Shown: positions 22,348 through 34,946 of the stretch, one piece after another
How the letters are laid out: each line of letters begins with the position of its first letter
Position numbering within the stretch: the first letter of the stretch is position 1
DNA from: Paramoeba atlantica
Taxonomy: Eukaryota; Protista; Discosea
DNA: 64,000 nt
NCBI GenBank assembly: GCA_977017575.1
Contig: CDRNVI010000025.1
Location: forward strand, 124,001 to 188,000
Direction: 5' to 3'
The notes under the pieces: model-generated
The model's database searches: none
What the model was told of the DNA's origin: nothing
What the model saw: the letters and a program-made list of their open reading frames with translations, nothing else
Position numbers and translations under genes: made by a program

Positions 22348-23698
22348 AACCCCCCGTCACGAATAAGTGACCATAGGATAAAATCTGTGTTGAGGGGGGT
22401 ATGGGGGTATACATACCATATTTTCGTGTAGGATTTCGCGTTCTGCAGTTTCCCGCTATTGTTTTCTGTCCTAGAGAAACTAAATTTTTTAAAAAATTGA
22501 AAATATCGATTTTTTGAAAAACACTTTTTTTTTATGAGAAGGAGAAAACTATCCCTACCTAAAGGGGGTTTGACGCAAGCAGGGAAGCTTATACTTCGTT
22601 TATGTCACGAAGACGGTGTTTCTAAGCGAAAACTAGCAAAAGAATTTAATGTTAGTCGCCGAATTGTGAGATCTTACTTGGCAGAACCAATTGTGACTTA
22701 TGAGGCTTCCACCCCGAAATCTGAAAGTCCGGAGGTGAAAAAACGAAGATATGAAATTGAGAATGCCTTGCAGGATACAGATGCAAGGGGGGTACCAAAG
22801 AACAATAGTTCCAGACGTATTGTAGCTGTACTTGCTAGGAAAGGAATAAAAATAGGGAGAAGAACTGTACAAAGGGATCTTAAAGAATTGGCATGGAACT
22901 ACCAAGCGCGTCCTCTTTCTCAAGGCTTATCTGAAAAACAAATGATTAAAAGGGTAAAGTTTTGTAAAAAAATGGCTAAGAGGGAAGCGCCACTCTGGAG
23001 AAGTAATATTTAGTGATGAAAAGATATTTGACACCAATGACTCAAGGCGAAATCAGTGGGTACGCCCAAATGGAAAGCCATCCACAAGACAAAAGGTACG
23101 CTGGGCACCAAAGTGTCACGTTTGGGGTGCGATTGGGGTCCGGTGGAAATGCTTGCGCATCCTTCCTGTTTCGAATATAAATAGTAAAACCTACGTAGAA
23201 ACGCTCAAAAGTGTAACACTACCTTCTAACCGCATTTTTCAACAAGATGGGGCCACTGCTCACACAGCGAAGGCCACTAAGCAGTATCTTTTGAATTCAG
23301 GAATAAGCTTCATCGAAACGTGGCCCCCCAATTCACCCGACCTTAATCCCATAGAGAATGTGTGGTCTATGATGCAAGAACTTGTTGATGAGCAATTGCC
23401 TTCTAATACCGAATCACTTATCCATTGCGTAAAGAATGCATGGAGCAAGATTCCTACTGAGGTTATGGATCATATGGTTCTTAGCTTCAATAAGCGACTG
23501 AAAGCTTGTATTGAGAAAAATGGCGAAAAAGTGAAAAAATGGTAGGCGACCCCCCCTAGGTGTAGGTGTTCAGAATTTGTACCAAGTGTGTGACCCCAAG
23601 ATATTAGGGCCTGAGATCTGCAAAATGCAACAAGAATTAGCTAAAACGGCTTTATATACCAAAAGTTAGCCTATGGTCACTTATCGTGACGGGGGCTT
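22348..23698 (+). mobile_element. Tc1/IS630-like transposon (DD35E), same family as 3538-4850
   Basis: TIRs AA(C/G)CCCCCGTCACGA(A)TAAGTGACCATAG. TA duplication confirmed by the empty site in the gag duplicate (~26261-26285). ORFs 22534-23013 and 23153-23545 (FQQDGA, NSPDLNPIEN). Confidence 0.92.
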
Positions 23699-23730
23699 TA
23701 AATGTGTTCCACGTAAGTACATCACGAAGC

Positions 23731-24806
23731 AAGTACCTTGTTGTTTTCTTTTCTTTTTACATCCCCATGTGCCCCTGCACCCCGCCTGGCCGCGTTCCTC
23801 TTTCGTCAACCTCTTTCGTCGCCCCCTTCACGTCCTTGCGTCACCCCCGTCACCCCCCCCCATTTCGCCGGCCGGTTTGCCCCCCCCGCTTCACCCCCTG
23901 TCGACACCACCTTCACCCCCTTGCGGCACTGCTCTGTGCCGCTCCCTGTGCCACTCCCTGTGCCGTCCCCTGCGTCGTTCCCTGTGCTGCCCCCTGTACT
24001 GCCCTCTCTTCCGCTTCCTGTGCCGCCCCCTGTGTCACCCCCTTCCTTTGTCGCCCCCTTCGCCGACTGCGCTGCCCTCTTCGCCCGCCCTCTCTGTGTC
24101 ATTCCTTGTGTTTCCTCCCCTTGCACGACACTACCCTGTGCCGCTCCCTGTTCCACTCCCTGTACCGCCCCCTGCGTCGTCCCCTGTGCCGACCCTGTGC
24201 CGACCCTCTCTTCCGCTTCCTGTGCCGCCCCTTGCGCCGTCCCTTGTGCTGCCGCCCGAGAATGGCGCCCCCGGTACCGAGCATAACAAGGTACTAAAAA
24301 ACTAGGGTAGGCGTCATTCACGCTTTTTGAACGTACTTTTTTCTTTTTTTTTCTTTTTTTCTGCGGCTTGCAACTATGATAACGGGGCTAGGGTAACAAT
24401 TTGGAGAGATACGAGCTCGTTGAAGCTGAGGTTTGGCCTGTTGAAGCTGAGGAGCCAAGTCCGCTCGAGGGGATAACACCCTAGAAGACTTGGTCCGTTG
24501 AAGTTGAGGTGCAAAAACCGTTGAAGCTGAGAGTCGACACTCCCAAACTATGCCAGCAAGCAGGCAAGGGGTCAAGGAGCACTGCTTTTGGCAGTGTCGG
24601 GGTGTGGCGAACCCCACCCTCCTAGCTAATCCAGCTTCCCGCAGCGGACTTTCAGTCTGCGCGTTGGCTGGATCGGCTTGCATTGGCTCTGTGCTGCAAT
24701 CCTTTTAGGTCTTCGCACGGGTCGTGCGGGTCGGAGCTACCTTCGGCTCTCTCCGAGGAGGCAACACCCCGCCTACGGGGTTTTTACCTGAATAACATAA
24801 CATATA
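23731..24806 (+). mobile_element. Non-autonomous retroposon with SL-derived 5' end, C/T-rich body and (ATAAC)n tail
   Basis: 12-bp TSD ACATCACGAAGC at 23719-23730 and 24807-24818; begins AAGTACCTTGTTG; ends CTGAATAACATAACATATA. Confidence 0.85.
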
Positions 24807-25010
24807 ACATCACGAAGCTTAAAGCCGTCGCCCACTTCTTCTGATTCCGGGGTCTCGTCATCGGATTCAGGCAATTTTCCAGGCATCTTCGGCTCACTCG
24901 AAGATATGACGATACGCGTATAACTGACACTGTTGTTTGGCAACGGATACTTACCCCACGAATAGCTTACGATGATAGGGTTTTCTTGATCACCTGTGTC
25001 CTCCGCAATG

Positions 25011-25776
25011 ATGATGATGATGATGATGATGATTTGGGCCTTTTGATTCCGAAAAGTTATGGCCCCTCAACTCCCCAAACGGGCAGTCCGAATACGTCTT
25101 GCGACGTATCCGGAGAGCCAGCCATAGCAAGCTATGGCTGACCTCCGCTTGGAGAGGAGTTAGGTTTCCAAATATTATCCTCCAATAAAGGAAGCCAATA
25201 ATTAACAGCTCGGATAGGAGGGGTTCGCTACTCCCCAGCGTGGTTTAACAAGTTAATCCACGACCCTGCCTAAATTTGAATTGTTGCGTGGATGCTACCC
25301 TAGTTTTTTGACGTCTTGTTTTACTGACGCCGGGTAGTTCCATAGCATGGGAAATGGGCGCGGCAAAGGGGCCGGTGAGAGTGGGCGGGGCGGAGAGCGC
25401 AGTAAAGAGCGCAGAGTGTGGAGAGAGCGATGGGGAGAACGGGAAGGGCGGCGGGAAGGACGGCGGGAAGGACGGCGGGATGCGCGGCGGGGAGCGCGGC
25501 AGTGAGCGGGCGGCGGGGAGCGCGGCAGGCAAAGGGGTCATGATGGGGGGCGGCGAGGAGGGAAACCGGAAGGGCGACCCGGAGGGCAGTGCGGGAGGGC
25601 GCTTTCCTCTTTCGTCCAGGAGGGGTGAAAGGGGGTCATGGGGGAGTTCCACACCACGGGAGGCGGGCGGCAGGGAGCGCGGCAGGGAGCGCGGCGGGAG
25701 CGCGGCGGGAGAGCGATGGGGAGAGCGGCGGGGAGAGCGGCGGGTGGACAGCAGGAGAGCAGCGGGAGAGCGGCGG
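25011..25776 (-). mobile_element. SINE-like retroposon with pyrimidine-rich 5' body and (CAT)n tail
   Basis: 13-bp TSD GTCCTCCGCAATG at 24998-25010 and 25777-25789; empty site at ~26484-26497; 3' hairpins CAGCCATAGC/GCTATGGCTG and CCGGATACGTC/GACGTATTCGG. Confidence 0.85.
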
Positions 25777-27405
25777 GTCCTCCGCAATGCCTCGCCATGT
25801 CGTCGCTAGGTTCTGTTTGCCACCGACGGGAAACCATGTCGCTTCAATTTCGAATTCATTTTCCTGCACGGCAGACCTAATTTCTTCGACAATGCGATCT
25901 ACTTCTTCCGGAAGCATGGCATTTTGAGCATATTTTTTATTTTGGTCTTCAGTCACGCTACACCGTTTCTTGGTTACACTTTGTTCAATTGCATTGCCCA
26001 AACGGTTTGTGTGATATACTGTGATCGTACGTATCGTGCATCTGCGCCGCGGTATATCCCTTGTAGGATGCGTATTTGGTCTAATGCATTCTGGCCTACA
26101 CTTTTTTGATGCGTGTTGTCATTGTTAATACCGCTTCGTTCCGCGCTGTCGTCGATCCATGACATCAAAATATCCCACAATGCTTGCAGTTGTGGGGACA
26201 TACGAGAAGGAATGTCAAGCGCCGTTCGGAGCCGTTGTTTCAATATTTCGATTCCAAGCGGGCCTTGTAATATAAATGTGTTCCATGTAAGTACATCACG
26301 AACCTTAAAGCCGTCGCCCACTTCTTCTGATTCCGGGGTCTCGTCATCGGATTCAGGCAATTTTCCAGGCATCTTCGGCACACTCGAAGATATGACGATA
26401 CGCGTATAACTGACACTGTTGTTTGGCAACGGATACTTACCCCACGGGTAGCTTACAATGATAGGGTTTTCTTGATCACCTGTGTCCTCCGCAATGCCTC
26501 GCCATGTCGTCGCTAGGTTCTGTTTGCCACCAACGGGAAACCATGTCGCTTCAATTTCGATTTCATTTTCCTGCATGGTAGAGCTAATTTCTTCGACAAT
26601 GCGATCTACTTCTTCCGGCAGCATGGCATTTTGAGAAGCATATTTTTTATTTTGGTCTTCAGTCACGCTACACCGTTTCTTGAGCGAATTCATCGGTGGA
26701 ATAGCTTCAATGGTGATGATGCATGCATGGCATTACCTCTTTCACGCTGTTTATCACGCCGTTCCAGTGCATCCACTTGAGTGGTGAGCTTTGCGAGTGC
26801 GTGCGTTAACTTATCCACGACAGAGCTTACCTGATCCGCGATGATACTATTTGGATGAGCTTGGCTTGTTGTGATGTGAGATTCGTCCGGTGGACGGTTT
26901 CCACCGAAAGGAGTGCTGTATATAGGTTCATTGTAGCTTTCAGACGATTCCCCACTTCGTTCTAATTGAGCCTGCGTTTGTGAGCGAGTGTGTACCAATA
27001 CTTTTTCTTCTCAATGTTAAAAGAATCGAAATACAGATCTACCAACAAATAGAATATGAACTAGTAAAATAATAACAATACAACTTTGAAAGTTTTATGT
27101 CACCAGACACTGGCCAAATTACTCTTCCTAGAGTCCTAGTATCTCCCTGCACGAAGTTGGCTCCAAGCTAGCAAGCGCATAGGTAGGCAGTTCTCGTGCA
27201 GGGAGATACGATTTCTTTTCAGTGGGAATCTGCTACAACTGTTGCTTCGTATCTCCCTCGCCCCTTTATACCTGGTTATATTTTATTACATTCCGTTACC
27301 ATGATATGCTAGTAGCAGTAGTAAGAGCTCCTTGTTCTCACCCCTTGTCTTCACCCCTTGTCACCGTACCATCAACCCTTGATATCACTCCTGTCAGCAC
27401 CCTCC

Positions 27406-27914
27406 TTAGTAGTGGTTCATGAAGTGGTTCATTGGTTTATGAACCACCAAGGTATGCTTGATGGTATGGGCATGCATTGCGCACGCAGCGGTAGGCAAGA
27501 TACGGTCTGATTGAGGGAAATTTAAACGCCCATCAGTACGTTGAAATTCTGCACGAAAATCTTGCCCCCTCCATTGAGCAGGTGAGGCTAGACCCCGACG
27601 AGGTCCTGTTTCAACAAGACAATGACCCAAAACACACAAGCAAGCTTGCCAAAGAGTGGTTGGCGAGCCACACCTATGTAGTTTTGAAGTGGCCCCCGCA
27701 ATCCCCAGATCTCAATCCTATTGAGAACACGTGGGGCCACTTGAACCGGCGTCTTTCTGCCTATAAGGACCCTGAGGGAATGATTGAGCTTTGGGGACGG
27801 GCCCAAGTTGTGTGGGACGCACTTCCCAGCGCCCTATGCGCGTCCACAGCGAGCAGCATGCCTCGCCGTATGAGAGCGGTGATTGCTGCAAGAGGGGGGC
27901 ATACAAAGTATTAG
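27406..27914 (+). pseudogene. Tc1 (DD34E) transposase C-terminal fragment
   Basis: LFQQDNDPKHTSK, WPPQSPDLNPIENTW, MPRRMRAVIAARGGHTKY. Confidence 0.88.
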
Positions 27915-28840
27915 TTTTACCTTGTTTTTACCGTTTATTAATCAAGAAATAATCCATTTTTTATCAAACAATCTTCACTTGAAAAAAGTGTAAATTTTTT
28001 TTACACTTTTTTTTGAGACATTTTTTAAAAACCACTCTCTCCAAGGCGAAAGAAGCAGGAGTAGCTCCTGAGATTTTGCCCCTCCCCCACATCCGGCGGA
28101 AAAAGAAAACAGTGCCAACTCTGAGTTCCCAGCCGGCGAGCGCCTCACCCCCACAGAAGTCCTTCCCTCCCCGGTCTCTACGATCACCACCGTCGCCGTC
28201 GAACCTGTCCACCCCCAACGCAGCCCCCTACACCACCCTCGCGGTCACCGTCGTCGACTCTGCCGCAGTCCCCGCCGGCGCCGCAGTCAACCCCTCCAGC
28301 ACCTTCTGCTACCCCACCTATGCCGCTTCCCCTCCCTCTGTTGACAAAGTCACCGTCGCCACAGCCTCCGCCGCCGTCAGAGTCACTAGCGAGGCAATCC
28401 CCGCCATCATCAGGGAGAAGGAATGGCAGAAGAGGCAAAAGAATGTCCTTTTACGAGCTGAAAAAACAATTTGATGATGCAAAGGAGGAAAAGGAAAGGA
28501 AAGCTCAGGAAGAAGCCGCGTCGAAGCGTGCGAAAGCAAGTTCAATAATTCGTATACGTCGACCTGAGGGATACAAGTTCAAGTTACCAACAGGGGAAGA
28601 TTTCCCGACCCTATCCTTTTTTAGCGCTAATACAGTCTTGGAGGCATTTCTCCTGCGAAATCTTATTAGCTCTCTACCGCAGGAAGTCACATAGGAAAAC
28701 GAGAAATGTGCTCCTTCCCCCCTTCTCTCAATTTCCGAAGAGAAACTACCCCTGTATAATTTCTATTTAACCTTCGTCAATAGGATACTTTTCTTTTTAT
28801 TATAAGTAACCGGACATTATTATTAACCGGACCGAAGCGA

Positions 28841-31530
28841 ATGAAGCCACTGAGCCAACGAGAGGAAGAACACGAACTACCAGGAACGAAAGTCCGTCGA
28901 ATAACATTAACGAATCAAATGCTAGGGATCGATGCCCAGCATACACACGCGCTCGACCTCCAACGCGCCGTTTTGCCAATGTGGGCGAATGCGACGTGGT
29001 GCACAAGGGAGCGGATATGGGCTCGCCTGCATCAGTTTTGCGCTCAAAGGGATCTTCCCCCGACGGCCTTAAACGGTATTCTCTTCCTCGAATCTCTACA
29101 GATCGCCGTAACAACTCGTCTGACGTACACTCGTGCTCTCCAAACCATTACGCGCACGCAAGTGGAAGCAACGCTCCACTAAAGTTGTACGCAAAAGCCC
29201 TACAAGCGCAGGGCGGGCTGGAATCGCAGCGCCAAATGGAACCACTGACGCCGTATCTACTAATAAAGCTGTGCAGCAGATTGTCAAATTCGGAGGCAAT
29301 GGCGACCTGGAAGGCTCTGCTTGAAGGCGGCCGCAAGGTGGACGGAAGTGTCAGAATTAAGCAGAGAGAAATTTCTCAAGATCTCGCCTCAAGAAATAAT
29401 CATCTTTTGGGGACGAGGTACCAAGGCGACAAGGCTAAACCCTTATCGTCCATACATGCACGCTGTGATAACGGGACCGGGAACGGAGCAGTTGGCGCGA
29501 TATCTAGAGGGTCTTCCCTTCAACCAAAAGTTGTGCAGAACTCCTGTAAGGGAGATGGACTACCAAATAAGAAACGTCCTCGGAAGCGGATATGGCACCC
29601 ACTCTATCAAGCGGGGCGCGATAATGTTTCTCTTCCAAAAAGTGGCCGACGGCCACCTACTCTTGTCGGAGATACAGCACCTGACCAAACATCTCAATCT
29701 CGAAGGCCTGTTGAGGTACAACGCAAATCAGATTACAACAGCAAAAGCGCTGGGCACACAGCGAGTATCCGCAGTACTTCCAGGTCTTTGACTCCCGACA
29801 TTGTTCAGGAATGTTTCAAACAGGTACCGTATTTGAAACGGCATTCATTGATTTGCACGCGACGTAGCTCCAAGTTGGCGAAGGGTCAAGATCTAGCTAT
29901 TCCACTACATGTGAAACCGAACGTTCCAACACTTGATATGGATAAGGTGCGTCAATGGATGTCTTCGACCGCTAAAAATAGACTTACGGAGGTCTGGCAA
30001 GAGCTACTGCGGATACCAATTCAGCCTGACGAACCCCCTGCTGTGAAGAGCGGGTTGTCTTAAGCCGATTTTAAATTGTTAACGGAATACAAGGTAATTT
30101 CCAAATTACCGCCTGAGGATGTTGAACATCGGCCATCGATGCAATATCTTATACCTTTTACTGTTATCGAATCCGACGATGAAGGAAACCAGCGGCGACG
30201 ATTCATTTCATGGACGAAGTCCGATAACACGCGTCTCCAGGATTACGAACCACATGTTCCTTTGATGCATCCTTCAAAATACTTACACCGGGTGAAAGAA
30301 AGTTCCGGTCTGAAAAGAGATCTGACTTGCGGCTTTTATCAAATCGCGATACCACACGAATGTCGCCAAAAGTTTCGGTTTCTGGATGAAAAGGGCGAAG
30401 TGTACGAAATGTGCGTTTTACCGATGGGGCATCGATGTGCCCCGGAAATCATGCATTCCGTTATGTCGGCAATAGCTGGATCTGGTGATTATTGTCAAAA
30501 AACGGGGGCCCTCAATCAAGGCAATATCGACGTGTACGTCGATGGAGTTAGATTTCCCGGTGCGACGCGGGACGCGTTGCGGTATTCTACATGGGTCGAT
30601 CGCCGAGCTGAAAGTGTTGGAGCGAAATTCAAAGATGCCGGCGTGCTACCTGTGACGAAGTATGTTTTCAATGGAGCGCATTATAACCATGACACTCACA
30701 GGGTCAGCCTGGGACCCAAAGTGTTCCGTAAACTACAGGAGGACTCGTTCTTTAGTGCGACGTTTGTGGAGCTGGAGGCGGCGGTGGGGCGCCTCATGTA
30801 CTGCTCCGGGATTTTAGGTATCATTATTCCGTCCTCTGTGCCGCCCTCTCTCCCGCTTCCTGCGCCACCCCTTGCGCCGCCCCTTGTGCTGCCGCCCGAG
30901 AATGGCGCCCCCGGTACCGAGCATAACAAGGTACTAAAAAACTAGGGTAGGCGTCATTCACGCTTTTTTGAACGTACTTTTTTCTTTTTTTCTGCGGCTT
31001 GCAACTATGATAACGGGGCTAGGGTAACAATTTGGAGAGATACGAGCTCGTTGAAGCTGAGGTTTGGCCTGTTGAAGCTGAGGAGCCAAGTCCGCTCGAG
31101 GGGATAACACCCTAGAAGACTTGGTCCGTTGAAGTTGAGGTGCAAAAACCGTTGAAGCTGAGAGTCGACACTCCCAAACTATGCCAGCAAGCAGGCAAGG
31201 GGTCAAGGAGCACTGCTTTTGGCAGTGTCGGGGTGTGGCGAACCCCACCCTCCTAGCTAATCCAGCTTCCCGCAGCGGACTTTCAGTCTGCGCGTTGGCT
31301 GGATCGGCTTGCATTGGCTCTGTGCTGCGATCCTTTTAGGTCTTCGCACGGGTCGTGCGGGTCGGAGCTACCTTCGGCTCTCTCCGAGGAGGCAACACCC
31401 CGTCTACGGGGTTTTTACCTGAATAACATAACATCATTATTCCGAAATATCATTTCGCATTAAAGGTATGTCAACGCCGGATCAATCTTCTGAACCGCGT
31501 TCCGGGTGTAGCGAATATGGAGATAATAGT
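28841..31530 (+). mobile_element. Tyrosine-recombinase retroelement fragment (YR overlapping RT), degenerate
   Basis: YR: 28841-29182 and 29321-29791 (KAAARWTE, GTHSIKRG, KH..EGLLRY). RT: 28981-30945 with an in-frame stop at 30061-30063 (RRRFISW, KRDLTCGFYQ, LPMGHRCAP, YVDG); RT frame resumes after the insertion at 31433. Confidence 0.88.
30832..31432 (+). mobile_element. 5'-truncated copy of the 23731-24806 retroposon
   Basis: Near-identical to the 3' ~600 bp of that copy; 12-bp TSD ATCATTATTCCG at 30820-30831 and 31433-31444. Confidence 0.9.
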
Positions 31531-31712
31531 AATATTTAATTGGTAACATTTTCGTCCAAAAAATGGACATGTGCTGTATGAGAACTAGATTACGATGAGA
31601 ACATTGTTTTGGTTTCATAGTTCAATATGTAAGGCAGTATTAACAAGAAAGTGAATATTAAGAAAGCTGCGCCGTAGGAATCAATGTCTGCACCATATTT
31701 GACTCTGAAATA

Positions 31713-32634
31713 TTGATTTCTTCTTTTCATTTTCTCTATTTCTACTGCAATAGTTCGCATACAAGCTTCAGCATGGCTCCAATTATGCAAATTGAATCTC
31801 TTTGGAAGGTTGCGAAAACTTTGAAAAAGGGTGATACCATTCATTTTAAGTGGCGACTGAAGGCACGTGAGGGTGAAGAAGCGCACCCCTGGCAGCCTCA
31901 GGAAGCCTTTGTGAGATGGACGGTACAGAAATCTGTTTTGGACCCGGCGGAAGATGGATATGCTTGGGTGAAGTACACTGTATAACAAGCCTGGGGAGTA
32001 CTTTAAGCGAACGGTTGCTTTCCCGCAAGATGGTATGTATGATACTGACGAGGTTGAATATTCTGAAGTTCTAGTGCTCCCAAAAGTTGCAGGGCCAAAG
32101 CAACCACAAGAACCAGATTCGGAGAATGAACGCACTTCAGAAACAGTGGCATCTGTGAATGAAAGCAGCATTGGAAATTCTCATGGTGACCCTCTTTTCT
32201 CTGAACACTGACGAGAAGGCCCGGTAGCCGATGACCCCTTAATTGCTCTAGATCCGCAACGCTGGCCTGAGGCACTAGTCAACCCCATGGACTTTTTTAT
32301 TATTCAACAATTTTATCGGAACTATCTGGACCTTGTAAGCCAAAAGTCTTCCCAATATCAAGTTCTAGAGCTCCATGTCGATCGTATGCTTCATGAAATC
32401 GCAATGTTCCGATCCAAACCTGAGCTTGCTGAAGACAAGCGATGGATTCGAAGTGTACGCAACACTATTGGTGCCATCGACGTAATTCGTAAGGAGCGTT
32501 TAGGATACACTAAAGCGGTGACTAATGAACTTGCTAGAGGGTACAAGACACAATCTGAGCCGCAGTGGATGCGCGAGGTATACCAAGATGCTGTGCAGAG
32601 CGTCAAGGCAACTACGTCCCACTATGATCGCAAT

Positions 32635-32667
<33 letters not shown>

Positions 32668-34724
32668 AGATAAGATAAGATAAGATAAGATAAGATATCC
32701 CATTTGGCCAACTAGGGCTATGGGATCGTAGCAGGAATCTCCGTTACAGAGAAACCTCTACGTCGGTCTGAGTCTCTTTTTAAGTGGGGCTGAGCAACCT
32801 CTCCGTTTCCGGAAGAGTACGGGCGTCAGAATCTCACCACCGAGAACTCATCAAGGGACGTAGAGTGAGGACGCACTCATTCACTAGCGATCCCGGAGGG
32901 ACGACCAGTGCCCTGAACGGGCCTAGCTATTTAGCGCTTTGTTTTGTTAGCGCCGGCCTTAGCTCGGGAGGCTGGGATCGCTAAGTCCCATCATCCGACG
33001 TGAATCGGACGCCCTGACCGATACGTCCTGGCGTACTCAGCAGAGTACGCCAGGAAGGCGGCATTCGCAACTTGCAAAGAGCACAACCAATTACAACTCT
33101 GCAGATATCAAGAATTTTGAGGCGAGAAGATACGAAAACATCAGGGACGATTCTTCTGATGTATCTCACTGCTTCGCGGCACAGAGACCTTCTAACGCTT
33201 TGGTCCTACGAATGGGAACCACCAACTCTGACACTCAAGTGGAACAATTGGAAATGCGACCGGTTCGGGAACCGGGCATTTACACAATTCGCGGATGTAC
33301 CGAAAGTCCTCTGGAAGTACATACCACAAAAACCTGTATTCGGGACGTATCGTGCGGTTTATGTGGCGATAAAACGGGAGAATTCGGGTCTGAGTGTTCA
33401 TTCGTGTCGCCGAGGAGCGGCCACGTGGTTGGCTACAGCGGGCTACTCTTTAGCCCAGATAGAGAGTGCGACGGGACACACACCGGGGACAGGCGATGTA
33501 CATCGGGGGGTTCGCCGATATGTGGACCCTTCGAAGACACAACCGGAACCTTACCAACAAAGATTGATGAGCAAGATTTTGGGTCAAGCAATATGTCGAA
33601 CACTGTGAAGACAGATTGTGCATCCATTTCTCCACAAGTTGTGGCGATTCCCTGGCCCCTTCAAATTTGGCGTTGCCCAACAAAGCTTATTACTTCTTTG
33701 TGCGTAGATGATTCGAGTTTCCGCCTCGCTGTTTTCCTCAGGATCTCGGTGTCGAGCAGCTTTCTCATGTTCGGAAGGAGAGTGGAATAGTCCGCCGAGA
33801 GGTCGCGAACCATGCTTATTGCCTTTAGCTCCTATAGGATCTTCTCGTATCAATCTGCAGGCTCTAATGCGCCTAAAGTCGTGCAATAACGATCTTTGTG
33901 CAGCTTTAGAATGGATCACGACGGATCTAGTGGAGGCAACCTTGAGCGCCCCTCCTAGACTCAAAGAAGTCCAACTTTGTACGCGGAAACATGTGTCTCG
34001 GAATATGCTGAACGAAATGCCGTTCTTAGAAGAGGCGAAAGTGTTTGAAAGAGCTTCTTCCGTAGCGCTGTCTCTCACCATTCCTCTTTTTAAAGTGCCA
34101 AAATCCGACCATGAACATTCGCGTTTGATCGGAGACTGTAGAAATCTCAACGAACTCCTGCCGCGCCCGGGGCCTTTGGGTTTGCCGCATATTGACGACG
34201 TGTTGTTGGGTTTGCTTCCAATGCATTGGCTATACCAACGTGATGGGTTGTCTTATTTTTACCAGTTTCCTCTCCACGAAACACTGCAAAAGATTTTAAG
34301 TGTTCGAGTAGGTGGGCAACGAGGAAACTTTCTGACATACAAATGGAAGGTTCTCCCAATGGGGTCATCATTTGCTCCGTGTCTAGCACAGCAGACATCT
34401 CTTGCTGTAGCAAAGGAGTGCTTGTCAGACCAAAAGTCCGCAGCTATATTTGCATGGGTGGATAACTTTGTAATGGGGGCTGATTCTCTGGAAGAACTTA
34501 AAATCCTCGATAGTTGTTTGACCTCCACATGTTCCCAGATAAACCTTGCTTTAAAGACGCCCTCTGTTATATATTGCAAGCGTATGAATTTCTTGGGATT
34601 GCAAATGGATATGATATCCGAGTCAGTGGAAGACCATTTCGTTGAGTTAGATTCTTCCTTTTGTGAGAAATTACAACAAACGATTGGGCAATATCAAACT
34701 CCTCGAAAAGTGTACGAAATGTAA
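31713..34724 (+). mobile_element. YR retroelement (gag fragments, YR, RT), degenerate and 3'-truncated
   Basis: gag-like 31713-32643; YR 33072-33608 (TASRHRD, HSCRRG, TGH..RRY); RT 33708-34724 (FKVPK, RLIGDCRNLN, DGLSYFYQ, LPMGSSFAP, WVDNF). Confidence 0.85.
32641..32695 (+). repeat. (TAAGA)11 microsatellite at the end of the gag ORF
   Basis: Pure pentamer run. Confidence 0.9.
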
Positions 34725-34946
34725 ACTTGAGAAAGTAATTTTGATTACGTCCTATATCGAAAACATATGGCATTATTATCATTATTGTTGTACGTGTTAG
34801 AACATTTCCGCTATTTGAAAAGAAAAAGTTTTATGTCGACAACTCGATCTCAGGCCGCTGCGCAAGCCGTAATACGCCCAGAGCATGCTATTTCTCCTGA
34901 AGAGGAGAAATTTGTTCAGATTTATCCAAATCTGAACAAGCGCAGA

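Larger units (their letters stand above)
21660..27000 (-). pseudogene. Gag-like ORF of a YR retroelement, internally duplicated and hit by three insertions
   Basis: 26690-26998 (MVHTRSQ..), 25974-26693 and 21831-22316 resemble the gag at 45305-46597. 22034-22345 repeats 25971-26275, and 25790-25990 repeats 26490-26680. Confidence 0.75.

Noticed and set aside
23673-25927. Pro/Cys/Gly/Arg-rich ORFs on both strands
   Set aside because: Low-complexity bodies of two TSD-bounded retroposons; GC-rich repeats lack stops in several frames.
28013-28694. Possible host gene with a UBX-like C-terminus
   Set aside because: Only a weak IRIRRPEG resemblance after a low-complexity region, split across frames; not supportable without a profile search.
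31921-31935. Additional short SL-like matches (also ~12127, ~39992, ~62181)
   Set aside because: About 10 nt or fewer, lacking the CTTGTTG end, and not at element boundaries; expected by chance.
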